A stretch of 32,000 nt of DNA. It comes from Mycoplasma mobile 163K. Lineage in GTDB: Bacteria; Bacillota_I; Bacilli_A; Mycoplasmatales; Metamycoplasmataceae. The stretch spans positions 660,001-692,000 of the forward strand of contig NC_006908.1 of the NCBI RefSeq assembly GCF_000008365.1, given 5' to 3'. Both the position numbers and the translations under genes were made by a program. Under the pieces are notes generated by a model, which worked only from the letters and a program-made list of their open reading frames with translations, made no database searches and was not told where the DNA came from. Of the stretch, positions 9,188 through 18,848 are shown one piece after another; positions within the stretch are counted from its first letter, which is position 1; each line of letters opens with the position of its first letter.

Positions 9188-9889
9188 ATGACACCACATA
9201 TAAAAGCTAAAGTTGGAGAAATTGCAAAAACCGTTTTAATGCCAGGAGATCCTTTAAGAGCCAAATACATTGCAGAGAATTTTTTAGATAAAGGTTTTAA
9301 AGTAGTTAATGATGTAAGAAATATGCTATTTTTTACAGGAACATATAAAGGAAGAGCAATTACAATTGCAGCTTCTGGAATGGGTTGTCCTTCAATAGGA
9401 ATTTATTCATATGAACTTTTTAAATTTTATGGAGTTGAAAATATTATTAGAATTGGTAGTGCTGGAAGTTATGAAAAAGATTTAAAACTTTATGACATTT
9501 TATTGGCAACTAGCTCATATTCTGATAGTAATAGTTTTGCAAAATTAGTTTTAAATGAGTCTACTCATGAAATTGAAGGTTCAAAAATTTTAAATGATCG
9601 AATTAGAACAATTGCAAAAAGCAAAAAAATGAATTTACATGAAGGTAGAGTACACTCAAGTGATGTGTTTTATAGCACAAGAAGCTTAGAAAATACAATT
9701 AAAGAAACAAAATCTCGTGCAGTAGAAATGGAATCATTTGCTTTATTTGTTAATGCAAAAAAACTTAATAAAAATGCTGCTTGTATTTTAACTATTTCAG
9801 ATAATTTAATCACTAAAGAAGAAACTAGCGCAGAAGAAAGACAAAATAATTTTACAAAAATGATGGAACTAGCACTTGAACTTGCTTAA
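9188..9889 (+). CDS. deoD: purine nucleoside phosphorylase, DeoD type
   Basis: 233-aa intact ORF. MTPHIKAKVGEIAKTVLMPGDPLRAKYIAENFL and the RAVEMES block are characteristic of hexameric DeoD PNP. SD AAGAGGAAAC. Confidence 0.93.
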   Translation: MTPHIKAKVGEIAKTVLMPGDPLRAKYIAENFLDKGFKVVNDVRNMLFFTGTYKGRAITIAASGMGCPSIGIYSYELFKFYGVENIIRIGSAGSYEKDLKLYDILLATSSYSDSNSFAKLVLNESTHEIEGSKILNDRIRTIAKSKKMNLHEGRVHSSDVFYSTRSLENTIKETKSRAVEMESFALFVNAKKLNKNAACILTISDNLITKEETSAEERQNNFTKMMELALELA

Positions 9890-9921
9890 AGTTCCATTTT
9901 TTTATTTTAGGGAGGAAAAAA

Positions 9922-11223
9922 ATGAAAGCTACAGATATAATTCAAAAAAAACTTAGAAAAGAATCTTTAACAAAAACAGAAATTGATTTTTTTATTTCTA
10001 AATTTATGATTAATGAAATAAAAGACTACCAAATGACCGCACTAAATACAGCAATTTTTTTAAATGGTCTAAATGAAGAGGAAATCACTTATCTAACACT
10101 AGCTATGCTTGATTCTGGAGAAAAACTTAATTTAAGTTCTTTGAAAGGTCCAAAGGCTGATAAACACTCTACAGGAGGGGTTGGAGATAAAATGACTCTT
10201 ATCATTGGGCCCATGGCTGCTGCTTTAGGAATAAAAATGGCAAAAATGAGTGGTCGTGGTTTAGGTTTTACAGGAGGAACTCTTGATAAACTAGAATCAA
10301 TTCCTGGTTTTAAAATTGATATTAGTGAAAAAAAATTTATTGAGCAAGTAGATAGAATAAATTTTGCTCTTGTATCCCAAAATAAAAACTTAGCTCCTGC
10401 TGATAAAAGAATTTATGACTTAAGAAATGACACAGGAACTGTTGATTCAATTGCATTAATTGCAGCTAGTATTATGTCAAAAAAATTTGCTTCAGGTGCA
10501 GAAATTATTTTGTTAGATGTAAAATGTGGAACTGGAGCTTTTATTGAAACATTAGATAAAGCTAGAGAATTAGCAAAATTGATGGTAAAAATAGGTCATC
10601 TAGCAAATAAAACCGTTAAAGCCGAAATTACAAACATGAATGAGCCTTTAGGAAAAATGATTGGAAATCGTAATGAAGTTTATGAAGTTAAAAAATTCTT
10701 TGAAAATCCAAATAATTATCCTGATTTAAAAGAACTAGCATATACAACAGTAGAATCTTTATTACTTACAAGTAAAATAGCAACAACTGAAAAAGATGCA
10801 AATACTTTGATTGAAAATGTTATGAATTCTGGAAACGCATTACAAAGATTCTACAATTTTATTGAAGCACAAGGTGGAGATACTAAAAAATTAAGAGAAG
10901 ATAAATTATGAAATCCTAAAAAATCTTTAGAAGTAAAATCTTATACTAATGGATTTTTAGAAATAATTAATGCAAAAATTTTTGGAATAGTTGCTAATGA
11001 TTTAGGTGCTGGAAGATATTTAAAAGAAGATAAAATAGATTATGAAGCAGGAATAGAACTTCATAAAAAAACTAATGATTTAGTAAAAAAAGGTGATGTT
11101 TTATTTACTTTATATTCTTCAAAAAAAATAGAGCAAAAATTAGTTGATGATTTACTAAAGGCAATAAAAATAAATGAATCTCAAATTCAAAAACAAAATA
11201 TCATTATTGAAAGGATAGAATAA
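9922..11223 (+). CDS. deoA: pyrimidine-nucleoside (thymidine) phosphorylase
   Basis: Track ORF 9922-10911 ends at a TGA. Read as Trp, the frame continues to TAA at 11221-11223 (about 433 aa). It has the [13 protein letters not shown] phosphate-binding motif and a C-terminal alpha/beta domain. Confidence 0.92.
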
Positions 11224-11224
11224 G

Positions 11225-11878
11225 ATGAAATTTAATAATATGATTGATCACACTCTTTTAAAAGCTGAAGCTACTACAAAAGATGTTGATAAATTAATTG
11301 CTGAAGCAAAAGAATATGGTTTTAAAAGTGTTTGTGTTAATTCTTCATGAGTTAAATATGTAAAAGAAAAACTAAAAGGAAGTGATGTTTTAGTTTGTGC
11401 TGTTGTTGGATTTCCACTAGGAGCAATGAGCATGCAAGCAAAAGTTTTTGAAGCAAAACTTGCAATTGATCATGGAGCAGATGAAATAGATATGGTAATC
11501 AATATTGGTCGTTTTAGAGATGATCAACATGATTATGTTTTAAATGAAATTAAAAAAATCAAAGAAGTTATGGGTAATAAAGTTTTAAAAGTAATTATCG
11601 AGACCGCTTTACTTGATAAAAAAGGGATTAAAGATGCTACAAATATTGTTTTACAATCTGGAGCAGAATTCATAAAAACTTCTACTGGATTTAGTTATAG
11701 CGGAGCCCAAGTTGAAGATATAGAGGTGTTCAAAGAAATTTTAGGAGATAAAGTTGCAATTAAAGCTTCTGGTGGAATTAAAAATTTAAATGACATGAAA
11801 AATTTATATAAAGCAGGAGCAAGAAGATTTGGAACAAGTGCTGCTGTAGCAATTGTTAAAGAGCAAGGAAAACAATAA
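11225..11878 (+). CDS. deoC: deoxyribose-phosphate aldolase
   Basis: ATG at 11225, 1 nt after the deoA stop, is in the same frame as track ORF 11426-11878 through one TGA (NSSWVKY). [12 protein letters not shown]..., the Schiff-base region FIKTSTGF, and GASGGI are present. Confidence 0.93.
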
Positions 11879-11879
11879 A

Positions 11880-12503
11880 ATGATACATATTATTAATCAT
11901 CCTTTAATAGAAATAAAATTGACAGTCATGAGAGACGAAAAAACTAATCATAAAGATTTTAAAGCCAATTTAAATGAAATTAGTTCTTTGATGGTTTATG
12001 AAATTCTAAGAGATTATAAAGCAAAAGATTTTCAAGTTAAGACTTCTACAGGTAGTCTTGCTAATGGGAAAATTTTTGATAAAGAAATTGTTATTGTACC
12101 TATTTTAAGAGCAGGTTTAGGGATGACAGATGGCATTAGTAATTTAGTACCTCAAGCTAGAATTGGTCATATAGGGTTATATCGTGACGAAAAAACTTTT
12201 GAAGCAAAGGAATATTTTTACAAAATTCCAGATGTGAAAAAAGATTCTCTAATCTTAGTAGTTGATCCAATGCTTGCAACTGGTGGTAGCGCAAATGATG
12301 CTATTAAATCATTGAAAAAAAGAGGATTTAGCAATATTAAACTTGTTTGTTTAGTTGGTGTAAAAGATGGTATTGATTTGATTGAAAAAAATCACCCTGA
12401 TGTAAATGTCTATTTAGCTGCCAAAGATGATCATTTAGATAAGAATAAATATATTATTCCTGGTTTAGGTGATGCTGGTGATAGAATTTTTGGAACAAAA
12501 TAA
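11880..12503 (+). CDS. upp: uracil phosphoribosyltransferase
   Basis: ATG at 11880, 1 nt after the deoC stop. MIHIINHPLIEIKLTVMRD, the PRPP motif LVVDPMLATGGS and the C-terminal IIPGLGDAGDRIFGT are present. The track's TTG at 11853 would overlap deoC and is not needed. Confidence 0.93.
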   Translation: MIHIINHPLIEIKLTVMRDEKTNHKDFKANLNEISSLMVYEILRDYKAKDFQVKTSTGSLANGKIFDKEIVIVPILRAGLGMTDGISNLVPQARIGHIGLYRDEKTFEAKEYFYKIPDVKKDSLILVVDPMLATGGSANDAIKSLKKRGFSNIKLVCLVGVKDGIDLIEKNHPDVNVYLAAKDDHLDKNKYIIPGLGDAGDRIFGTK

Positions 12504-12525
12504 AAAAGCCATAAAGGCTTTTTTA
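12503..12525. terminator. bidirectional hairpin terminator between convergent upp and leuS
   Basis: AAAAAGCC (12503-12510), loop ATAAA, GGCTTTTT (12516-12523). A/T runs lie on both sides. The upp stop is at 12501-12503 and the leuS stop at 12530-12528. Confidence 0.7.
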
Positions 12526-12527
12526 TT

Positions 12528-14420
12528 TTAAATAATAAAATTTAAAATTTTCTTTGCAATATAAATTTCTTTTTTGATAATTTTATTTTCCAAATGTTTT
12601 TTAACATTAGGAAGTTTTTTAGCTTCTTCAATAACTCTTTTTTCATCTCAATCATTTTCTATTTCAAAAGTTTCACGTAATTTTCCATTTACTTGAATTG
12701 CTACAATATCTTTTGTAAGTAAAATTTTATTATTTTCATAAGTTGGTCAACTTTGAAACATAATTTCTTTTTCGCCTAAAGATTCAAGTAATTCTTCTGA
12801 AATATGTGGAGCAATTGTCGAAAACATAATTGCAAAATCTTTTAAAGGTTTTAATGAATAAATTTTTTCTTTTTTATAAAGAGAATTAACAAAAATCATT
12901 AATTTAGAAATCATAATATTAAATTTCAAATCTTCAATATCTTGAGTGATTTCTTTAATCAAAAGATTGTGTTCTGAAATAAATTGATCATCTTTATGTA
13001 ATGAATTTATTTTAGATTTGTCTTCTATAAAAATTTGAAAAATTCTTTTAACTCTTAAAATCCATTTATAAGTAGCTTCAACAGTAGATTCATTTCATTT
13101 CTTAGTATCTGTTAAAGGTCCCATAAACATTTCATAAACTCTTAAAGTATCTGCTCCAAAATTTTGAATAATCTCATCAGGATTTACAACATTTCCAAGA
13201 GACTTTGACATTTTTTGACCATCTTTACCTAGAATCATTCCTTGATTAATTAATTTTTGAAATGGTTCTTTAGTAGGGACTATTTTTAAATCATAAAGAA
13301 TTTTGTGCCAAAATCTTGCATATAACAAGTGTAAAACAGCGTGTTCTTGACCCCCAATATATAAATCAACAGGTAATCATTTACTAAAGGCTTCATAAGC
13401 TTTTTTTGAATCAATTGGTAAATAAGTTCCATCTTCTTGTTTCATTATGTATGCAAGATAATATCAACAACTTCCTGCTCATTGAGGCATTGTATTTGTA
13501 TCTCTTTTAAAAATTTTATTATTTTTTTTATACTGAACTCATTCTGTATTTGTTGCTAAAGGTCCTTCACCTGTTCCAGAAGGCATAATATTTTCCATAT
13601 GAGGTAATTCAACAAGTTCATCAATCAAATAAACATTGTTATCTTCATCAAAATACACAGGAAAAGGTTCACCTCAATATCTTTGTCTTGCAAAAATTCA
13701 ATCTTGCAATTTATAAGTTATTTTTCCATCTATTTCTTCTTTTCCAATTCAATTGGTTTGAAGTTTTTTTAAAGAATCAGGTCAATCTAATAAATTTAAA
13801 TCTTCTAATAATCTATCAGCGTAATTAGTAATTTTCAAAACTCATTGTTTCATAGGTTTTTTATAAACTGGAAATGATCCTCTTTCAGAAACCATTTCTC
13901 CTTTATCATTTTCAACAATTTCTTCATTTGCTAAAACAGTACCTAATCCAGGACATCAATTAACATCAACTTCTCTAATCTCGGCTAAACCTTTTTTGTA
14001 AATTTGTTTAAAAATTCATTGTGTTCAACGATAATAAGAAGGATCTGTTGTATTTACTTCCTTTTCATAATCGAAACTAAATCCTAAAGATTTTAATTGT
14101 CTTCTAAAATTTTCAATATTTTTTAATGTAAATGGTTGAGGATGCTTTCCACTTGATAAAGCATATTGCTCAGCAGGAAGTCCAAAAGCATCTCAACCTA
14201 TTGGATGCAAAACATCAAAACCTTTTAACCTTTTATATCTAGATATAATATCTGTAGCTGTGTAGCCTTCAGGGTGACCAACATGCAATCCTGATCCCGA
14301 AGGATAAGGAAACATATCTAATGCATAAAATTTATCTTTAGATTTATTTGTTGTTTTAAATGCTTTTGTTTTTTCTCATCTTGTTTGTCACTTTTTTTCG
14401 ATTTCGTTGTGATTATACAT
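12528..14420 (-). CDS. leuS: leucyl-tRNA synthetase, intact but lacking the CP1 editing domain (630 aa)
   Basis: ATG at 14420-14418 and TAA at 12530-12528. I walked every codon: there is no TAA/TAG, and many TGA fall at conserved Trp positions (PIGWDAFG, NWIG, RQRYWGEP). HIGH motif HVGHPEG and KMSKS motif KMSKS are present. The sequence ...[35 protein letters not shown] joins the two Rossmann halves directly. Confidence 0.95.
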
Positions 14421-14450
14421 TTTACCTTCTTAAAATATTTCTACTATTAT

Positions 14451-14481
14451 AAAATAAAAAGCAAGATTACTCTTGCTTTTT
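14451..14481 (-). terminator. rho-independent terminator of ftsH, overlapping its stop codon
   Basis: AAAAAGCAAGA (14456-14466), loop TTAC, TCTTGCTTTTT (14471-14481). On the minus strand the hairpin is followed by TTTTTATTTT. A minus-strand TATAAT (complement of 14446-14451) for leuS lies just beyond it. Confidence 0.7.
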
Positions 14482-16603
14482 ATTTTATATCTAAAGATTC
14501 GTCTGTTTTAATATTATTTTCAGAATCTTTTATTTTCTTGTCATTCTTGTCTTTGATAATTAGAGTTTGATCTTTAACTTCTTTTACTAATTCATCAACA
14601 TTTCTGATTTGATTAACATTTTCTGATTTGGCTTTTGTTCTCATTGATGGTAATTTTAAGTTTTTTGCAATGTATTGAATTTCTTCATCAACAATTGTTT
14701 CATTTTCTAAAAGTGCTTCTTTAATAAGTTCAAGCATTTCACGATTCTCTTGAATAACTTCAATAGCTTTTTGCTCTGCTGTAAGAATTATTTTCCTTAC
14801 TTCAGTATCAATTTCTCTTGCAATGTGATCTGAGAATAATTGATTTTTTGTATAATCTCTCCCTAAAAAAGGATTAGAGGTATCTTCTTCATACATAATT
14901 GGACCTAAATCAGACATACCTCATTCTGTGACCATCTTTCTAGCAATTGAAGTAGCTTTTTTAATATCATCTCTTGCGCCTGTAGAAACTTCTTTTTCGC
15001 CATAAATAATTTGCTCAGCAGCTCTACCACCCATAAATGAAGTAATCATTGCAATTAATTCAGATTTTGAAGAATTGTATTTTTCTTCTTCAGGAATCAT
15101 TAAGTTATAGCCCCCTGCAGAACCACGAGGAATAATGGTTATTTTTTGAACCTTTACACCTTTTCTTAATTGAGTTCCGACAACAGCATGACCTGCTTCA
15201 TGATATGCTACAGCAGTTAGTTCTTCTTTTGTAATTACTCTTGATTTTTTAGCAGGTCCAGACATTACTCTATCAATTGCTTCATCAAATTGTTCTAAAG
15301 TAATTATTTTAGTGTCTTCTCTTACAGATAATAAAGATGCTTCATTAATAACATTTTCTAATTGAGCTCCTGAATACCCTGGGGTTCTTTTTGCTAATTG
15401 TTGAAAACTAACTTCACTAGAAATTCTTTTTCCTTTAGCATGTAATTTTAAAATAGCTTCACGATCTTTCACATTTGGAAGTCCTACTGTAACAGTTCTA
15501 TCAAAACGCCCAGGTCTTAATAAAGCAGGATCTAAAACATCTGTTCTATTAGTTGCAGCCATAACTAGAAGGCCACTATTTTCAGTCATTCCGTCCATTT
15601 CAACGAGTAATTGATTAAGAGTTTGCTCTCTTTCGTCATTACCTCCACCTATTCCTGCTCCTCTACTTCTTCCAACAGCATCTAATTCATCAATAAAAAT
15701 AATAGCTGGAGATGATTTACGAGCTTCTTTAAATAATTCTCTAACTCTTTTAGCTCCGACTCCGACAAATAATTCAACAAAGTTAGAACCTGAAATAAAG
15801 TAAAAAGGTACATTCGCTTCACCGGCAGTTGCTTTTGCAAGTAAAGTTTTTCCTGTTCCTGGAGGACCACCTAATAAAATCCCTCTTGGAATTCTTGCTC
15901 CTGAAGCAGAATATTTTTTTGGATTTTTCAAATAATCTACTAATTCTGCAACTTCTTCTTTTACTTCTTCATTTCCTGCAATATCAGAAAATTTAATTTT
16001 TGTATAAATTCTTTCAGCTTGGTTTTTTCCTGGATTAAATCCACCCATACCGCCGTTTGCTTTGGACTGCATTTTATAAACAAAAAAGATAATACCAACA
16101 AATAAAAATGTAGGAATTAACGATAAAAGAATTGCTAATGCTTGATTAGTTGGAGTTACAAGTCCTGAAAAATTTAGTGTACCTATTCCACTAGCTGAAG
16201 TGTTAGCAATTGCTAAAGTGGCTAATTCAAGCCCTGTAAATGTAGTACCAGGAATTTGTAGATTTTGAAAAGCAACCGAACTTGGATAATTTACAAAATA
16301 AGAACTCGTAGTTGCTCCATTTACAAAAGTTACATTAAATCTTGATAAAACAACATCAAAAGATATATTTCTAAAAAATATAGTATCATCTCCTAATCTT
16401 GCTGCATCTTGTAAATCTTTTAAAAATCCATCAAAACTTTTATTGGTTCCTGGATTATTTGGAAGAAAAGCAAAAACAACTCAAATTAAAAGCAAGGCAA
16501 CTATTACAAAAATTATGATATTACCAATACTAAATGCACCGGGTTTTTTAGGTTTTTTGTTGCTGTCCTTGCTTTTATCTTTTTTATTGTCTAATTCTGA
16601 CAT
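14480..16603 (-). CDS. ftsH: ATP-dependent zinc metalloprotease FtsH
   Basis: ATG at 16603-16601 is preceded by AAGGAGATAGAA. Track ORFs 14480-14917 and 14921-16072 plus the N-terminal region form one frame (checked open). The TGA at 14923-14921 is the conserved Trp of VTEWGMS. It has two TM segments, Walker A GPPGTGKT, Walker B IIFIDELD and the zinc motif HEAGH. About 707 aa. Confidence 0.97.
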
Positions 16604-16698
16604 TTCTATCTCCTTTACCTTATTATAAGAATTTTAATTTCTTTTATTTAGATTGTTTATTCAAACTCAATATTAAAAACTTATTATATATAATTTTT

Positions 16699-17238
16699 CT
16701 ATTTATTATAACTATTCATCACAATTCTTATGTCATTGAATAAAAAAGAAATAGCTGCTTCTGCTGCTTGATTAATTACTAAATCAATGATTTTAAATTC
16801 TTCCAAAGTAAAATCACTTAAAACATGTTTTGCTGCTTCTTGATTTTTACCAATTCCAATTTTCAGTCTTGGAATTTCTTCTGTATTCATTTTTAAAAGA
16901 ATATCTTTTATTCCATTTTGCCCATTGGACCCACCTTTTGGTTTAATTGCTGCTTGGCCAACTTCATAGCTCATATCATCATAAATGATTAAAATATTAT
17001 TAGGACTTACTTTAAAATAAGTACTTATATTTTTTACAAAATCTCCACTTAAATTCATATATGTAGTTGGCTTTGCAATAATAAATTCTTCAGTTTTTAC
17101 AAAAATACCTGAAAATTTTTCTTTATTTATTTTTAAACGTAAATTTTCCAAAATTTTATCTACAACCATGTAGCCAACATTATGTCTATTTTTTTGATAT
17201 TTAGGATCTGGATTCCCTAGACCAATTATTAATTTCAT
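16699..17238 (-). CDS. pth: peptidyl-tRNA hydrolase
   Basis: MKLIIGLGNPDPKYQKNRHNVGYMV is the canonical Pth N-terminus. ATG at 17238-17236 is preferred over the track's upstream start at 17271. Confidence 0.92.
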   Translation of the reverse strand: MKLIIGLGNPDPKYQKNRHNVGYMVVDKILENLRLKINKEKFSGIFVKTEEFIIAKPTTYMNLSGDFVKNISTYFKVSPNNILIIYDDMSYEVGQAAIKPKGGSNGQNGIKDILLKMNTEEIPRLKIGIGKNQEAAKHVLSDFTLEEFKIIDLVINQAAEAAISFLFNDIRIVMNSYNK

Positions 17239-17314
17239 AAAAAAATTATACCTATTTTGGAATAAAAACATAAAAGTATTAAATATTATAAAATCATGCA
17301 GATCAAATAAGTGT

Positions 17315-17320
17315 TATAAT
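17315..17320 (+). promoter_or_regulatory. candidate extended -10 box (TGtTATAAT) for the Dps-like gene
   Basis: GTGTTATAAT at 17311-17320, about 40 nt upstream of the ATG at 17362. It is followed by the palindrome GAGAATTCTC (17325-17334) and the SD AGAGGAAAG. Confidence 0.3.
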
Positions 17321-17361
17321 TTAAGAGAATTCTCAGGAATTTGTAGAAAGAGGAAAGCTAT

Positions 17362-17778
17362 ATGAAAAATATCGAAAAATTAAGAAAGCTTCAGGCTTCA
17401 ATTATGGTTTTTACAAATAATGTTTATTCTTTACACTGAAATGTTAAGGGGTCTCATTTTTTTGAAATTCATGAAGAAACTGAAAAATTATTTAAAGATT
17501 TAAGAGAAATGTATGATGATGTTGCTGAAAAAATTGTTATGCATGATGCATTGCCAGTTGGTTCTTATAAAAATCAATTGGAATTAAGTGCAATTAAAGA
17601 AATTGAAACCAAATGATATGATTTAACTTTTATTTCCAATAACGTTGTTGAGTCTTTAGGAAAAATTATTGAGCTTACAGATGCAGTCGAGGGAACAAAT
17701 GTTATTCAACCAATGCTGGATGAAATCTATTTAAAAGCTGATAAATGAAGATGAAATTTTAGACAATTAGTGAAATAA
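17362..17778 (+). CDS. dps: Dps family (DNA-protection/ferritin-like) protein
   Basis: ATG at 17362 and TAA at 17776-17778, with four in-frame TGA read as Trp. The product (138 aa) shows the Dps ferroxidase-ligand pattern LHWNVKGSHFFEIHEETEKL...MYDDVAEK. Confidence 0.8.
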
Positions 17779-17787
17779 TTTCAAATT

Positions 17788-17816
17788 AAAAAAATCACTT
17801 TAAAGTGATTTTTTTA
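17788..17816. terminator. bidirectional hairpin terminator between the Dps-like gene and the convergent minus-strand operon
   Basis: Perfect palindrome AAAAAATCACTTTAAAGTGATTTTTT centred at 17801/17802, flanked by an A-run and a T-run. It lies 10 nt after the dps stop and 26 nt after the minus-strand stop at 17844-17842. Confidence 0.75.
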
Positions 17817-17841
17817 ATTTGATGCGAATTTTAATTTTAAA

Positions 17842-18333
17842 TTATTGGGGTGGAAAAATTCCTGCTCCTCATAAGCTTAATAATATAATACCTGCAATAC
17901 TTGCTAAAATTATAATTGTTACAAAAATTCAAAATAAAATTTTATTTGATTTTGATGTTTCTTCTGCTGCAATTTTTCTAAGTTGTAATTCTTCTAGAAT
18001 TTCGTTTCTTCTAATTGGTTGTTGATTTGTTGTTCCATATTGTGGAGCAACAGGTACAAGTAATCCATTAGTATTTCTTTGTTGTGCAGGAACTAAACTA
18101 TTTGTTCTCAATACAGCTGTTTGAGGAGCTAATGAGTGAGTATTAGTTTGAGTTCTTCCAATTGTATTTGTTGCTCTCATTGAAGCATTTTGAGGTTGAT
18201 TACCTTGTGGGTAAGTTTGAACTTGAACTGGTCTTCCTGTTTTTGGATCTGTAATTATTGTTGTTCTTGTATTTGGTATATTAGTTGTTCTATTTTGGTT
18301 ATTTGGGTTGTTTGGTCTTCAATTTTGATTCAT
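17842..18333 (-). CDS. hypothetical low-complexity (N/Q/T/P/R-rich) protein with a single C-terminal transmembrane anchor
   Basis: ATG at 18333-18331 is preceded by AGGAGAATAAA. The frame is open to TAA at 17844-17842 once three TGA are read as Trp (163 aa). Sequence: MNQNWRPNNPNNQNRTTNIPNTRTT...QQPIRRNEILEELQLRKIAAEETSKSNKILF-WIFVTIIILASIAGIILLSLWGAGIF-PPN. I recognise no family. Confidence 0.6.
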
Positions 18334-18334
18334 T

Positions 18335-18748
18335 TTATTCTCCTAGGTTAATGGTTTTTTTTCTATAAAGTATGAAAGTATTACTGTAATTATTTTTTCT
18401 CGACACAAGACTTAAAGCATCTTCATTTGTTAATAAATTTATTTGAAATTCGTTTGCTAGGGAAGATTTATAAACTTCCTTATCTTCTAGAGTTATAATT
18501 TCTTGCAATTTAGCAATTTTGATTTGATACTTCATTTTTTCATTTGCTTTTTTCGAAACTATTGCCCCAACAAAAATACTATACGAATCTTGAAAAATTA
18601 TAGAACCTTCTATCCGATTCGCAATATAGAAATTTATTGCATCATGTCTACTTTTGAAATGGGCAATTGGCTCACTATTCCCTTCTGTTTGTAACTGTCA
18701 AAAGTAAGGGTTATTCTTTCTTATGTAATATAATAAGTACTTTTTCAT
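18335..18748 (-). CDS. hypothetical protein (137 aa), translationally coupled to the downstream tail-anchored protein gene
   Basis: ATG at 18748-18746 is preceded by AAAGGTGAGA. The frame was checked open through one TGA (PYFWQLQ) to TAA at 18337-18335, 1 nt before the next ATG. No confident family. The N-terminal segment YFWQLQTEGNSEPIAHFKSRHDAINF is only vaguely reminiscent of small YegP/DUF2188-type domains. Confidence 0.55.
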
Positions 18749-18848
18749 TCTCACCTTTTAAACTATATAAATTATAAACTAAAGCGAAAAAAATTTAAAT
18801 AAATTCAAAATTATTATCATTTTCTAGTTGTGTATTAAAATTAGAATC

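Noticed and set aside
11853-11879. Alternative upstream start codons used by the ORF track: TTG 11853 for upp, GTG 1304 for rsmI, 17271 for pth and ATG 30763 for gmk.
   Set aside because: The downstream ATGs (11880, 1295, 17238, 30781) give N-termini that match the conserved family starts and avoid unnecessary overlaps. The differences are at most 11 codons and remain uncertain without experimental data.
12528-16603. Apparent pseudogenisation: leuS, ftsH and many other genes appear in the track as strings of short same-frame ORFs.
   Set aside because: Every interruption is TGA, several at invariant Trp positions, and no TAA/TAG occurs in the joined frames, which I checked codon by codon for leuS, ftsH, rmuC, pgi and the GT80-like gene. 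This is code-4 decoding, not gene decay.
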